The notes under the pieces are model-generated. The model searched no databases. It was not told the origin of the DNA and saw only the letters and a list, made by a program, of their open reading frames with translations. Below are positions 42,100 through 55,779 of a DNA stretch of 64,000 nt, piece by piece. The position numbers were made by a program, and so were the translations under genes. Origin of the DNA: Lobosporangium transversale (lineage: Eukaryota); the NCBI RefSeq assembly GCF_002105155.1, contig NW_019029017.1, forward strand, positions 248,001 through 312,000. The letters run 5' to 3'. How positions within the stretch are numbered: position 1 is the stretch's first letter; every line of letters starts with the position of its first letter.

Positions 42100-45000
42100 A
42101 TTGTTGTGTTTGTTTAATGATAAATCAAATGTGGGAAAACGAACCACGCAGTCATAACGCTGATTATCCGAATCAACCTCCGGTGCTTTCAAGGGATTCC
42201 ATGTATTTCCATTATCGACTGTAATCATCGACCGAAGCTGTTTCTTCTTCCCTTGATTAGCTTCGTTCGGGTTAATAACTTCGTTCAGGAGTGCAACACC
42301 ATCCACACCCTGCATCTTCTCAAAGTCCACGTTGCCCATGTCAGACTCACTGACATACTTCTTGGATAACGAAAAATAGGTGCCATTGGAATTGGACGTG
42401 AATAGGTTCCCAACCTTAGATCCTTGACGGTTGATTACGTTAATTGCCATAAATACTGACCGTGTAGTTGAGTCCAGGACCGTGTATGCCTAAGTTCAAG
42501 CCATATGTTGCAAAAGTAAAGGTTTAGTTAGATCGAGTGGTTTCATTCCATGTAAACAAAGTAGAAAGAGTGTCACCGTGCAGCAAAATCATACAGGATT
42601 AACAACATCAAAGTTGGAAGGGTAGTGGGCTTGTGTAAATTTAATACCGTCCGTTGATATGGCAACCCTCAGCGCGCGTTGACTCGGCACGTACTAAGAA
42701 TGATTAGGCAAAAAGCACGGAAAGAGTGTGTGAGTATATATATGCATATGCATATTTCATTGCTTCGCGCCTCAGTGGATCAAGATTCTCTTGCTTCTTT
42801 TACCTCGGCTGCAATGAGATAATCCGAATAAATTGCATATCCCACAATGGCATTAAAGAGCACTTGCGACGTCCTCATGTAGTTGTCCGTGTAAACAAAC
42901 TTGACAGGAGTGTTCGCATTCATTAGAGTCTTTTGGGATCCGGATCTGTCATCGTATTGTTCACAGTAGATTCCCTCATTGTTGACCTGCTTAAAGCTCG
43001 AGTCTCGTGCCCAAGCACATGATCTGACCCAGGTTGCGAGCGGACGCCAGTTCTTGCCAAAGTCCTTGGTATAGAAGGCTTCGATATGACAATGATCTTC
43101 TCGTTCGTAACTACAACCAATTTCGCCCAAGTAAATCATCCATCCAGGTTCGGTTGGGTGGAACGACCATGGATTGGGCATGAATGATATAGCTGCGGAG
43201 GGTAGTGGCAATTCAATCGTATCCCAGTTGAGGCCTCTGTCTTGAGTATACTTGTGCTTACGGCCAGAGGTCCCAATGATCGCCCGAATATCATCATAGG
43301 GGTTACGGTGGACCCCAGTGACAATTCCATCGACTTCGACCTCGTCCCAATCTTTTCCATCGTTCTGACTAATGTAGACATGGGTCTCCAATTTGAGAAT
43401 GGCCACATCAGACTTGGGGAAGTAAAAGACTGAATCCTGATTGTACTCGTATCGGTTGTTGAACCTTGACATTTTACTCTCAACTGCTCGCTTGGGGCCA
43501 CATTGTCTCTCCACTTTTTGTGACTCGAGATCCACACCATCCACACAAGCGCTAGCTTCGATCTTCTTAAACCCAGACCTACCCATATAGGTGCCATCAC
43601 AGACCTTTGGCTTTTCAGGATCATGACCAAAACGTTGACACTTCCCGGCATCATCTCTGAAGAAGCCGATATCACACTCAAAATCGCGTTCCGTGCATTT
43701 GCAATTTGTTTGCTCCATGTCTGGAACTCCATCGTCATCGTTTACACGGCAGATCTTATCGGCCTTACGACGCCAATAAATAAGCTATAATGTTTTAAAA
43801 AGGGTAAAAAAAAAATAAAAAAAAAAAAAGAATGTCAACACCAACATCACTTGAGAAACTAAATAACAAAGCACATAGTCAACCCGATAATTGTTCTCTT
43901 ACTTCTTTGCCAAGGATACAGCGGTCGTCCTCACCCTCAAATGGCGACCACCTCTCAAAGTCACTCTTATCTGGGTTGCGCTTGTCCATAACGCATTGAC
44001 GTCTGTTGCTAAAGTCCAATGTTGACACGATAGCTTGTTGACTTCCAGCAGCGAACAGTCCTTTGATGGTAATTTTGGATGTGGTTGAAGTCGGCTCCGT
44101 GGTCACAGCCTGGATCAAAACAGGCTCATCGGCAAACATGGTCCTCTGCCACGTGGTGCCAAAGTCGTATGAGAACGACACTTCCTGAGTTGGCTCTGCA
44201 GGATTGACCAGAACGAGAACACCGCCTTCATCGCCAAACTCATACAGAGTACGTGTGTCACTCACTTTTTGCCAAGTTCTGCCTGCATTGCGACTAAGGT
44301 AGGTCTGAGCTGTCTCTATAGGTCCCAGATGTGAGCCAACGTTGCCAATACCCATGACCAGACCGACAGATGAAGAGGCGCTAAAGACAGCACCAGGGCC
44401 ATCGTAGTCAGTAACACTGTGAAGATGCAATGAGCATTCATCGCTATCGCAGTTGCTGCCTACGGGTGCATGGATGGGGTTCCAGGTACTGCCATCATTG
44501 AATGAGATCAATGAACGAACATGTTTTTCCCCATCTTTAGCTAACGAAGCTGTATTGGTCACCTGGTTAGCAAGAATAATACCCTCAATTCCACCAAGTT
44601 TCTCCCAATCCACAAGTTGTTCTTCATTGCGATTAGTATTATCAAGTTGCAATGAGAAATAGGTTCCATTGCTGTTGGATTTAAACAAGCGTCCATGCTC
44701 TCTACCGGCAACAGTCGACTTTGCTACATCCACAACAAGACTGCCTGTGGTGGATTGCAAGACAGTGAACCCATTCTTGTCTACCCTAATATTTGGTGGG
44801 AAAACAGCCTGGGCAAAGTCTTGACCATTAAGAGACACATGCAGAATAAAGTCGTTTCCGACATCCTGTGAGTGGAGATGACATAAAAAATAGAGAGTGA
44901 GTATGCGTGCCATAAAGTAGTATTTTTTGTCTGCTGCATGTCGACCCTATTTGTCACCTTACCACTGCAACTGCCAGGAAACGCTCGACCACATAGAATT

Positions 45001-48000
45001 GGACGACATTATCAAAAAGAACAAGATGCAGAACATCCGTGTCGCGTTTATACACCATCTGGAGGGGATGTGTCTCTGTCGACGTGACCTCATCCTGACA
45101 GATGTTTGCGGGCATAGGTTTTTTCCAGGCCATCATAAAGATTCCATGATCAGGCATATCCAATTTCCGATGAGCCGCATATACTGCTTTATCAACCCAT
45201 GTATCAACCTCAGCCCAATGACCCCCACCGTTCTGAGTGCGATAAAGGCGAGTAAAGCATTCGTCCTTCTTCTGTCCAAGGTAAAGCATCCAATCATATT
45301 TGTCACTGTCTGGATGAAAATCAATTAACGGGAACATAAACTTGTTTGGTGGCGCTGGCAGCTCATGTTTGTCAAAAGTCTCTCCTCGATTGCGGGTCAC
45401 ATAAACATGTTCGTTTGTGAAGAGATACGCTCGCTTTTCGTCCTCGTCATGGATAGCAATGTGAACAAAGCGTCCAGCGTCAGGCAAGACACGCTTCCAA
45501 GTAGAGCCATCGTCGGTACTACGCCAAACCTGTTGAGATCCTGTCATAACCATGATCACAGAAGATTTCAAGAAGTATTGAAATCCGCCCAGCAATGATG
45601 TGTCAAATTTAGTGATAGAGTGCGTAATATCTGTTGGAATGGTCTCAGCGGTGCAGGTCTTCATCTGAGGTTCGTCCTTCTTGAGTCCCTTTTCAGAATC
45701 GCAGCTGTTGCCTGGGATCTTGCGATAACCAGATGATCCAAGGTAGGTATCGCCCTCCTTCTTACATGAGCCATCTGGCATAGCCTCTTTGCCTTTCAAC
45801 ACACACTTGCCATCCTGCAATACATAATTATAGTCACATTCAAAGTCCTCGTCTGTGCAGGGGCAAATTTCGTCCGTCTTTTTGGGGTTCGTGAAGTCCT
45901 CTTTAACCATGCACTCCGCATCGGCCTTCCTGCGCCAGTACCACGTTTTGACGCCCATAAGGCAATCGGGATTGTTCCTGAGATTACGCGCATACCATTT
46001 TTCAAAATCAGATCTGTCCATATTGTCTTCATTAAGCTCACACTTGCGACCATATACGTTCGTGAGATCGAGCTGATAGGCATTAAACCTGAGTCCAAGG
46101 CGAACGAAGAGCAGGAACTTTTGGGATGTCGATTCTGGGTCAGAAACCAGTGCCCCTGGGCGGATATTCTCATCATCAAGCTCATACTTGTGCCTACGAT
46201 CCAACGATTCATTAAAACGAGAACGCAGAGCCATAAAATCAGAATGTTTGGGTCTCAGGACTTATCACATGAGTTTTAAACTTTTTAAAAATAATAATTC
46301 AGTTTACCATGTCTTGCCACGGTCTGCGCTGTACTGAAAAAAGTTCACTGGAACGTTGTCATCTCTCACAGCAACGATCAAGCCCCCTTGATCACCAAAT
46401 TCGTATTTGTGAGGATGTTCAAGTACAGCTTTCCAAGTAAGACCACCATCTTCCGACAAGTAGGTATCACACTCTTCCCATGGAAGTAGGTAAGATCCGA
46501 CATTTCCAACACCCATGACCACACCTGGAGCAGCTTTAGAACTGTAAACAGGAGGAGCTACTCTAGCGGATGTAACTGAGTGAAGGTGTAGGCTACATGA
46601 GCCATCCTACAACACAATAAATGAGTATTTAGTTAGGGGTTTTTTTTTTTTTTTTTTTTTTTTTTGTATTCATGAAATGTATTGTATTTAGTATAGGCAT
46701 ACCGTGTTAGGAGTGCAAGCGTTTCTTCTTCCATCGGCCCTAGTGTCTGGTGGTAAAATGTACTGCCAGCTCGCACCCGCCTCAAATGAGATCTGTGTGC
46801 GAAGGCGCTTCTCTTCATCATCCCTTGGAGATGATGCATAGTTGTCGACGATATTGATGATGTAAACGCCATCGATATTTTGGATTTTCTCAAAGTCGAC
46901 CGTATCGTCGTATCTGCGGTTTGTATATTGCTTCGAACGAACAAAATACGTACCGTTTGAGTTGCTCAACATTAGATTTCCATATGAATCCCCTGGCGAG
47001 GTCTTAACATCTACAATCAAACTGTACGGAGTCGACTCTAGTATTGTATATGACTGGAGCAAATGCAACGAAAGTTAAGCGGGGATATTAATACGAAATC
47101 TTCCGAATTTTTTTTTAGATAATTCTTCATAATCACTATTCCTTACGTCCTGACGGAGATTAGAAGGCGCCGGGAAGTTGGCTTTAGCCCATGTCTTTGC
47201 ATCATTTGATACCCAGAGTGACATATCGCCTGTAGTGAGATGTTTTTCAGCCACCAGCATAAATGACTCTTTTGTAACAAAGTTGACAACCGCAGCGCGG
47301 TCACTCGTGCTAAAAACGATAGTTTCTTTAGTCTCGAAGTAATCCTGACTCTTGACTAGCTTTGCATCCTCAAACCCAATGGATCCATCCGCTCGGAGAG
47401 CTTTGTAATCCAAACAGTGGATAAGTTCCGTTGGTGCCTCATCAAAGTTAGGGCTTGAAACTGCCCATTCACACTTGTGCGTAAATGCCAAGAGCTTCTT
47501 GGGGGCTGTGTCGAACCCATCCTTGGTGTAAAATGACTATTGAATGCAATGGCCGGGAAAATATTTTAAAATACTGTAGTATCAGCTAATGTTTCAGCCA
47601 TAATAATAAAAATCATTATATAAATACACAAATCCCTTGTACTGATGGATGTCTTAATAACGAACCTCCTGATGGCAATGGCCACGATCATCACAAGGCT
47701 TTAGAAGAATCAGGACCCAATTTGGCCGCTTGGCATGAAAGGACAGTACGAAATGGTCTTCAATAGGGATATACTCTGTTTGAAATGTTTTCCAGGACTG
47801 ACCCTGATCTGTAGTTTTGTACTGGGTCTTTCCCTGCGTGATAATGTAAGCCTAAATATTGATGCAGGAAGGAAAAAAAAAAAAAAAAAAAAAAGGTTTT
47901 AGATTAAACGAAGTAGATATTATTAAGAGGATGCTGTGGGACAACAAATGTGACAATCATACCGTTTTAGGATCAAATGGGTGCATAATCAAGGAAGAAG

Positions 48001-48449
48001 CAACTCCCTCAGGCACATCCTGAATTCTATTCCAGGTCTTTCCTTCATCCGGTGATCGAAAGACGTTACGGGCGGCGTCCTGATAGAGAATGATCTGAGG
48101 AAGTGTCGCAACAAAGGATTAAGTGTACGATTGATGTCATCTATATTAGTATCCTTACGTCTAATGTAGCAAGGTGAACAGGAAGATACAGTTTCACATA
48201 TTATCTAGGACATACTGGTGAGTTTTGAAAATAGTTGACCTTCCGTGGTGCGTTATCAAACTTATTTTCAGTGACGATGGGGTCTGTAGGCGCAGCATGG
48301 ACATTGACGCTTGGAGAGATTACACATGCCAAAAAAACTGCAACTAATGATGCAATACGAGCCACACGGAAGACCCGCTTTGCAGACCACACAAAATCTC
48401 CTTTAGGCCTTGGAGACTGCGCCTGAGCAGTATGCCAAGCCGCGTCCAT
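40579..48449 (-). CDS. VPS10: Vacuolar sorting receptor Vps10/Pep1 with three Vps10+10CC modules, 12 exons, ~2,200 aa
   Basis: N-terminal hydrophobic signal. Three copies each of SNSNGTYF, DFEK/DWEK..G, CSLHLH, GVGNVG, YEFGD.GG and C.CT..DFECD. Asp-box (S.D.G.TW) repeats, a single TM (FFGWTGILLASGGGAYAILFFL) and an acidic tail. 11 GT-AG introns join the ORFs in frame. Confidence 0.93.
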
Positions 48450-48956
48450 TGAAACGAATAGAGGAATCAATGTCTGAGATGTTGAGTTGTACTCTCAGTG
48501 TATGTAGCCCCAGTTCTGCTTGGTTATTCTTTGTAAATATGTCTTATTGAGTAGTCGATTCGATTGCTTTCACTGTCCTATGTGATCTACTCTGGTTAAA
48601 TGACAGAATTCGAGTCGAGGAATGAAGCGAGATAGCAAAAGATGAAAAAAAAAAAAAAAAAAAATTGACGCGCACCCTGATTTATTTTTGAATTACTGAG
48701 CCAAAAATGGCAGTGCGCGTGAGGTGTACGTGGAGCAACAAGATTAATCTCGTCATAATTCCACGGGCAAATCTTCCCTCACACTCTTCGACGACTGGCC
48801 TCCTCTCTCTCCCTTTCCTTTCTTTGAACAAGAACGACTATACCCGTAACATTTCCCGGCTTGGAAATGTCATTAACAACAAAATTATCGAAAAGCAGGA
48901 TGGCGTAGCAGAGAATAACAAGCCGCCTAAAAGATTGGGTTTCATATAAGTCTCCA

Positions 48957-48988
<32 letters not shown>

Positions 48989-49549
48989 CAAAAAGATCCA
49001 AGATCTGGGGTTACTTGGAATACAAGGAAGCGGAGGAAAAGAGCATAGCTGATGGACATTTTCAAGATTCCATAGAGCTTTTCGTGGATCAGTAACAAAG
49101 TATCCTGTGACTTATAGCAGATTACTACAGAGTCTGCATTCAATTCGTGAACTACTAAAAAGGTGCCCTTGCTCTCTACCCTTTTTTTTTCCCTAAGTTA
49201 TTCATTCGGCTAACCCACTTTGCAGCTTACACATGGGCATTGTTCTCATGGTGCTTGACTTTGGCCAATGCAGTAATCATCTCTCACTCAATAACTCGCA
49301 ACTATTGAGTATGTCAATCAGAGCTTGAATATGCGACAAAATACGCATAGATGTGTGCTCTTGCAGAGGTGGGGTATCCTCAATTATGCGATTAGTTACA
49401 TATGAACCATTGGGAAGAGACCCAATCTGGCAAACCAGAGCTATTCTGTCTCTGCCAACCCTCTGTTCGCCGAATGCACACCACCTGAATATGCTTGCAG
49501 GAACGGACATCTGGGCACCATGAGCGCTGCTGACTCTCATAACAAATGA

Positions 49550-49568
49550 CCCCCCCCCCCCCCCCCCC
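49550..49568. repeat. C19 homopolymer
   Basis: 19 consecutive C; rare relative to the many A/T runs in the window. Confidence 0.9.
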
Positions 49569-50249
49569 AAGGTACACAATCCACGATCACAAAAGCTCAC
49601 ATTTCATGTCAGTTTGGAGTAATGCCAATGTATTTGTACACCAGTGGCGGTGTACCAGCGGCGAAATTTTTCGTCATAATAATCATAATTTAATTGATTC
49701 ACAGAGCATTGATGACATTGATACACGCCACCACCGTATACCAGCGACATCAAACTAGCGAAAATCTGGTGATTTCTGCTAAACGGAGTGAACACCAACC
49801 CACCAACTTATCTGCCTCTGGCTCTACCTTAGCGCGCAGAACGAGGTGTCGCTGCTACTACAGCTAAAATGTCAAGGATGTCCGCGAGAAGAACGGTAGG
49901 CCAAAGAGCCCAAGTCTTTGCATTGATGACACTGGCACTCCCTTTATTCCAAGTGTAAGGTACCCTCTCTCTTGGGATCTTCCCTCACTAATGCTGATCA
50001 ATAAAATAACAAATAAAATATAAGTAAACTGAAAAGCCATTCCCTTCAGTAGTGAAGTCTGCAAGAACTGTTTCATTGCACCTGGGATTCTCAGGAATGA
50101 TGTAAAATATTGTATTGGATGCCTCTAGAGCTTTTGGGCGTAAATCTGTTGAGCTTTTATATTGAGGATCTTTTGTGAAGACGCGCCTTGACATGGGTGT
50201 TACTCTTAGCAGCCATATTTAGCGAAGATATCTTTCTTTCGTTCCATTA

Positions 50250-51150
50250 CTTATGCATATTTCAGACATCAGAATCATAAAATCGTAATACAGCCTAGAG
50301 TCGCTCTCCCTGTGGGTCCTAACGAGCGCAACTTGGTGAAGTCAATGGTTTCCAGTGGTCACGATTGAAAATATCAAGAACGAATTGAGGTCGAGTGAAG
50401 AGAGTCTTCAGTCGGTAATGATCGTCTCAGTAAGTGTTGAATGTTGCTGTGTTCAGTTAGACCGTAACTAACATCCCATGATTTACAGGTTGAGGCAGAG
50501 GCGAAAAGTGTTCCTTCAAGCTTCCTTCGAGAACGAGGTATGTGTCGAAAGTCAAGAATTCACAAGTGGTTGTGTATATGTTAGGTACTGAGGTTTGGGA
50601 GTGCATCCTAGGGACACTTCCATTTTTATTCATGAGGTCCAGAACATCGTGTGGCGGTCGTGGCGGGACCTTAATAAAAGGCTCCCGCCTGGCAACAATA
50701 ACAAAAGGCAACTTTCGATCTCCTTGACTTTAAGTCTGAAAAAACATCCTAGTATAGATAGGTTCTAATCGTTCTTTCGTTCCTCACAGCTCGCGGTAAA
50801 GTCATCCGAAGGATCTGGAAAAGAGAACTCCGTTGCCGCGGACGTAGAGCGAGGTCTCTTTCAGTTATGTCCATGCCCCGACTATGTCCGACAGAAGATC
50901 CCTTGCAAGCACATGTATTTGGCGTCAAGGGTCTACGACGGCTTTGATGTTCAATATACCGCTGCTCCTTCGTGCATTAAACATCAAAGCAAGCACTTAG
51001 AGTTCGACTTTGAGCCCTTCTCGAGAGATTTATCTCGCCAGCTTTATCGCACGAGATGAATGCGATGAGAGCTAAAGAGAGGGAAGAAGCCACTGCCCAA
51101 GCGTTCGAAGAGTGTGAAGAAGAACTTATGGTCCTGTAGAAGGAGCTGGA
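50250..51150 (+). mobile_element. Decayed MULE/Mutator-like transposase remnant with SWIM zinc finger
   Basis: 50868-50935 encodes CPCPDYVRQKIPCKHMYLASRV (SWIM CxC..CxH), preceded by VKS. 50530-50600 encodes RTRYVSKVKNSQVVVYML. Fragments are separated by stops and frameshifts; boundaries are uncertain. Confidence 0.6.
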
Positions 51151-51357
51151 CTGTATGGCATATAGCAGGCAAAAAGAGAAGTGTGCATTGAAGGATATGC
51201 AAGACTCAGTAACAGATCCAAGGAGTATGATCCATATAACGACAGCGAGAGGTGTACAAGCGCCTGAACAAACTGACTGTAAAAAGTAATATATCAGCTG
51301 ACCTCTTTGTCTTTGGGTCAAAATTGTGCTACTTTCGGATTTTTAAACCTTTATTTT

Positions 51358-52176
51358 CTACATGAAATCTTCTTCAAAGGCCTCTACATCACCATCATGA
51401 TCCATATTCCTGTAATTGGATGTGCCCGTCATATCTGCGTTTTCAAAGATAGACGCATATGACCGCTCTGATGCTTTTTCTTTCAACTTTTGAATTTGTT
51501 CATGTTCTTGCTGTTGCCGTTCCTGATCTTTCAGTCGTTGCTGTTTACGAAGAGTCCTTTCATGATTCATCTTCTCTTGTGCCAGGTCTGGAAACCGCTC
51601 AACCTTGGTCTTGTTGAGCCGGTTGACGATCTCATTAATCCTTTCTGCCACATGGACGCGCTTAACTAGATTGTTCTTTTTAAAACTGACTTGACCTACA
51701 TCCATATCGCCAGTCTTTTTGAGGTTGGACCATGGAGTATAGATGATTGTGAGATTATTTCTCTTGTTCCCCTCGATTGAATTGGCCTTCACAAGCTGTG
51801 CCAAATCAGCCAAGAGTCTCTCGGGAATGTTATCCCAGGTCTGGTCAGGTCCCAGTCGCAGGTAGACGTGTGCACTCGAGAGCTTATCGACGTGGAACCA
51901 CACGTCTTCCTCAAATCCATGCTTAATTAGGTCCTCGTTTTCATACTTATCCTTGCCCATGAAGATCAGGGCCGGTGGACTCACAACTGATGATTTGAAG
52001 TCGAGAGGAGAGAAACGAAAGATAAAAGAGCAGGGTGGCCGTTAATGACAGGAAGCGGTAAAGTACTCACAATCTTCTCCTGTGTCTTGGTTATTTAGTT
52101 TCTCAAGGCATCTAAAGAATGAAATGTCTTGCAATACCAATCTAGAATTACCATTAGATGTGAAATACAGAACCAT
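51358..52176 (-). CDS. CCDC25: CCDC25/Jlp2 (NFACT-R domain) protein, 2 exons
   Basis: [74 protein letters not shown]-terminal EEDFM. Intron ~52151-51987. Confidence 0.93.
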
Positions 52177-52845
52177 AATGATGTTTGATTGTCTTGATCT
52201 CGTTATTTTTATGGTGTCTTGAATAAGACATTTTTTAATGTGGCTTTTTTCTTTTCATGTCTTGTATGGTTTTTGTGCACTTTTTTTTTTTCGATTGTTA
52301 ATTATGACAGTCAGTCGTACGTCCAGGTGCCCTTTTCCATCGAGGAATGCCTCCGCTGCTTTTTTCAAAATACTTTGTCCCTATTTCTTAAGAATACGCA
52401 ATCCATTTCAAATAATGTGTAGTCCTCGTAGACTAGGAGCCACTAAAGTTGATGGCGTGAGTGATGATACGCTAGGCTGAAGTAGTGTATCATCAATCAT
52501 TTTGACAAACACAGGGCTGTGTTTGGTGCAGATTGCAAGAGTGAATGTATTCTGCATCATAAAAATAGAATTTTGTGACAGAAAGGAAATTTACTTCAAT
52601 GATGATTGTTTTCTCAAAATGCACAAGCAGGTCCCCTCCTCTCTCTTTTTTCTTCCTTTCTTTCTCACCTTCTCACCTTCTCACCTTACCCTGTCCTTAC
52701 TCCTTTCATCTTTCCTTATTACTTCTGTTGATCCTCTTCTTCCCTTTACCACTTGTCTTCTATACCATTTATATATATATATATACAGACACACACACCC
52801 ACCTCATTAGACACCCCTAGATATCCACGCACGCAATTTTAATAC

Positions 52846-54498
52846 ATGAGTTACTACAACAATCCCACTTCCCCGAGGCAAAACCAGACTGCCGCCTATG
52901 TCCCGGCTTCTTCGTATTCTCCCTCAGTCCCATACTCTACGAAGCCATCATCTGGCAACACCTTTATTACTACCACACCAACATACATTAGTTCGCCATT
53001 TGACGATGATCCTGTTGTCCCCAATAACAACAACAGCTATGAAAAGACTACCCCTTACAACCCAGACTATATGCCAAACACTAGTCAAACCAACGAACAT
53101 GCTCTCTCTCCATCCTTCACAGAGAAAAACCTAGCTGCAGGTGCAGGTGCAGGTGTAGGCCAGACCTATGCGATGCATCATTTGAATACCCAACAGAACA
53201 ACTCCTATGACCCTTATGGAAACAATCTCAACAACCAGAGCTATGCTAGCTACAATAGCAACAACCGTGAATCGTATGGATATGACAACAACAATAACTA
53301 CTACAATGGCTATGATGAAGAGCGTCCTTCACTTTCCAATGACACTGCACCTATGCGTCCCTATGCAGACATGGAAACGAGCGAGGGCTTGACTCGTCAC
53401 AAGAGTGGTGTGACTCGAGTCAAGTACGGCAAAAAGGAAAAATCAAAATGTCTGCCTTGTTTCCCCTGTATCCGCTCTACCTGTGGACGCATCACTTGTT
53501 GTTTCTGTATAATTCTGTTGCTGCTCATCATTGCCTTAGTTGTCGTGGTCTTCACTCTCTTCAAAGTGCCTACCGTCAACTATAAGGGTATGCAAGCTGA
53601 ACCACAGTTCCTCTTCAACCAGGGTGGCACCACCTTGCAAGTTCAATTTGCTGCTGACATTGAGGTCACCAACCCTAACCCACTTGGATTCAAGTTTGAG
53701 TCGATTGTTGCTACTGTAAGCTTTTTTTTTTCTTTGTTTTATTATGGGATTGATCACATTTTATTTTACAACCAGGGGTGTAAAAAGGGGAAGTCGGATA
53801 TTCTCTTTCTCTGCACTCGTCCTTGCCTCCCCTCATTTGTCATTTGTGTATCTCATTGTATGCATTTTTAAATACATCCATGCATGTTTTCCCAAAAGGG
53901 CTGTTTTGTCAACAAGATGTGATGGAGGGGAAAAGACATCAACAAAAAAGAGGGCTGCGGCGGTGCTCTTGCTCTTGCTCTGAGGCTGAAAACAACAACA
54001 ACAACAACAAAAAAAAAAAAAAAAAAAAAAAAAGGCGAGACCCAAAGAGAGTTCAGTCAGTTGATTGGCGCTTGGCAATGGGTAAATTTTTGACTATGCA
54101 CCATTTATTCACAAATAAGACTTCTCTTTTTCTCTCCTTAGGCTTATTATCCCAAGTATGAACCATCAATTGGAGGAGGCAACCTGACTAATGTTGAATT
54201 TCCAAGCAAGACCACTAAGACCATTACCTTCCCTATCTCGGCCGCTTATTCAGGTTCACAGGACCCTGGCTTCACTGTCGTTAAGGACATTCTCACCAGA
54301 TGTGGCAAACTTGGTGGTGACGCCACAGATCTGACCATCAACTATGATCTCAAGTTGACTGTCAAACTTCTCTTTTTCAACATCAGTCCTACCATCAAGG
54401 ATCAACACGTCAACTTTGCGTGCCCTGCAGACATTGACTCCATTGCAAATGGCGTCCCCGGTGGTATTGGCGCCATCATCGGTGGCAAGGCTACTTAA
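52846..54498 (+). CDS. Type II membrane protein with LEA_2 (NDR1/HIN1-like) domain, 2 exons
   Basis: Asn/Tyr-rich cytosolic N-terminus, Cys-rich juxtamembrane segment, TM IILLLLIIALVVVVFTLF, and IEVTNPNPLGFKF (NPN motif). Intron 53716-54141; exon 2 AYYP..IGGG...FP...CP ends at TAA 54496-54498. Confidence 0.8.
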
Positions 54499-55318
54499 AT
54501 TATATTTAGATATCTCTCTATTCACAATGTGTAGTTTAGCAGACCTTCTTTTTTGTCTGAGGGTTTTTTCCCTTCGATGTACCATAAGTAACATAAGATC
54601 CCTCCTCATGAAGCAAAGCAAAAACCCACCTCGTATTACAAATCCATCATTCATACATCACTTGATTATCTGAATTCTCAATCATTAAACGATATAAATA
54701 TTTCCGCTCCTCATCAAGCAATATACATTACTATTTCTTTCACTATCAGGATTATGTAGATAGTTATTACTGAACATTACCACAGAAAAGCATAAAAGAT
54801 CGACCTGTTATCGTACATGACCTTTTATGCTTGCAAATTAAAGGAATGCAAATAAAAGGGGGTTCCTAGGAACACAACAAGTCTATGATTACTGCTGTTA
54901 CTATCTAGAATAGTACACATATCGAAGCACGCGTTCCTTTCTCAGCTCATATCGGTGCATTTTCTCATGCACTATCAGCTCCTGCACTAGATTATTGCGC
55001 AAAAATGCCGCTTTCGCCTATGACGATAATTTTGATACAACAGCCATCACATAATTATTTTCCAATTTTTTTTTTTATCATGATCTAGAACAGATAGGAA
55101 ATCAGTTTTAGAAAAGCGTTTATTTCAGGGTCCTCAAGAATGGATAATAATGACATGAGCCCAGAAAATCGAAATAATTAGTCTTAATATCATCGGACAC
55201 CACCTCTAGCAATCTGCATCAGACTTCGCCAGAACTGCAACGTCTTTAAAAAATCGTTTCACATCAACGTGCTAGCGCTAAAAATGTTCTATTAGAGTAT
55301 GTAGCCGCGAGACTCATT

Positions 55319-55779
55319 TTATAGTATCGACGTAGTATCAGACATGTTGGGTGAAGAACCGCGAGACAATCGCGAAGATCTAGCTGCAGCGTTTCTACCA
55401 TTATCTTGCTCCAATCGTCTACGCTCGAGCATACCGGCTAACAAAGATGAAGAACTGGTTGTATTCACAGAAGAGGGCGCGCCAAAACCGGATCGCGGGC
55501 CTTTCAACTCTGTTCGTCCGAATTTTGATGGTGAGCTGTCGCTCATTGCAGCGGCAACACTAGGGTTGAATGCGTTGGTTGTTCCAAATCTTGGCTTAGA
55601 TGAAGAGGGTGAAGACTGAAGACGCCTCTCGTTATCTTGTTGGTGCATCAAGAAAGCCTTGGGCGCCCCAGCAGACCCTGACTTCCCTGTCCAGGTCGGC
55701 ACGTCAAGTTCTTGACGCCTTCGCCTCTTTCTGGACTCCTTCAATGCTGCCATAGCACGTTCTGCCATTCTTGTTGCTG

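Noticed and set aside
41991..47491. Separate minus-strand ORFs read as a tandem cluster of sortilin genes
   Set aside because: Canonical in-phase introns join them, and there is only one signal peptide and one TM, so one gene is more parsimonious.
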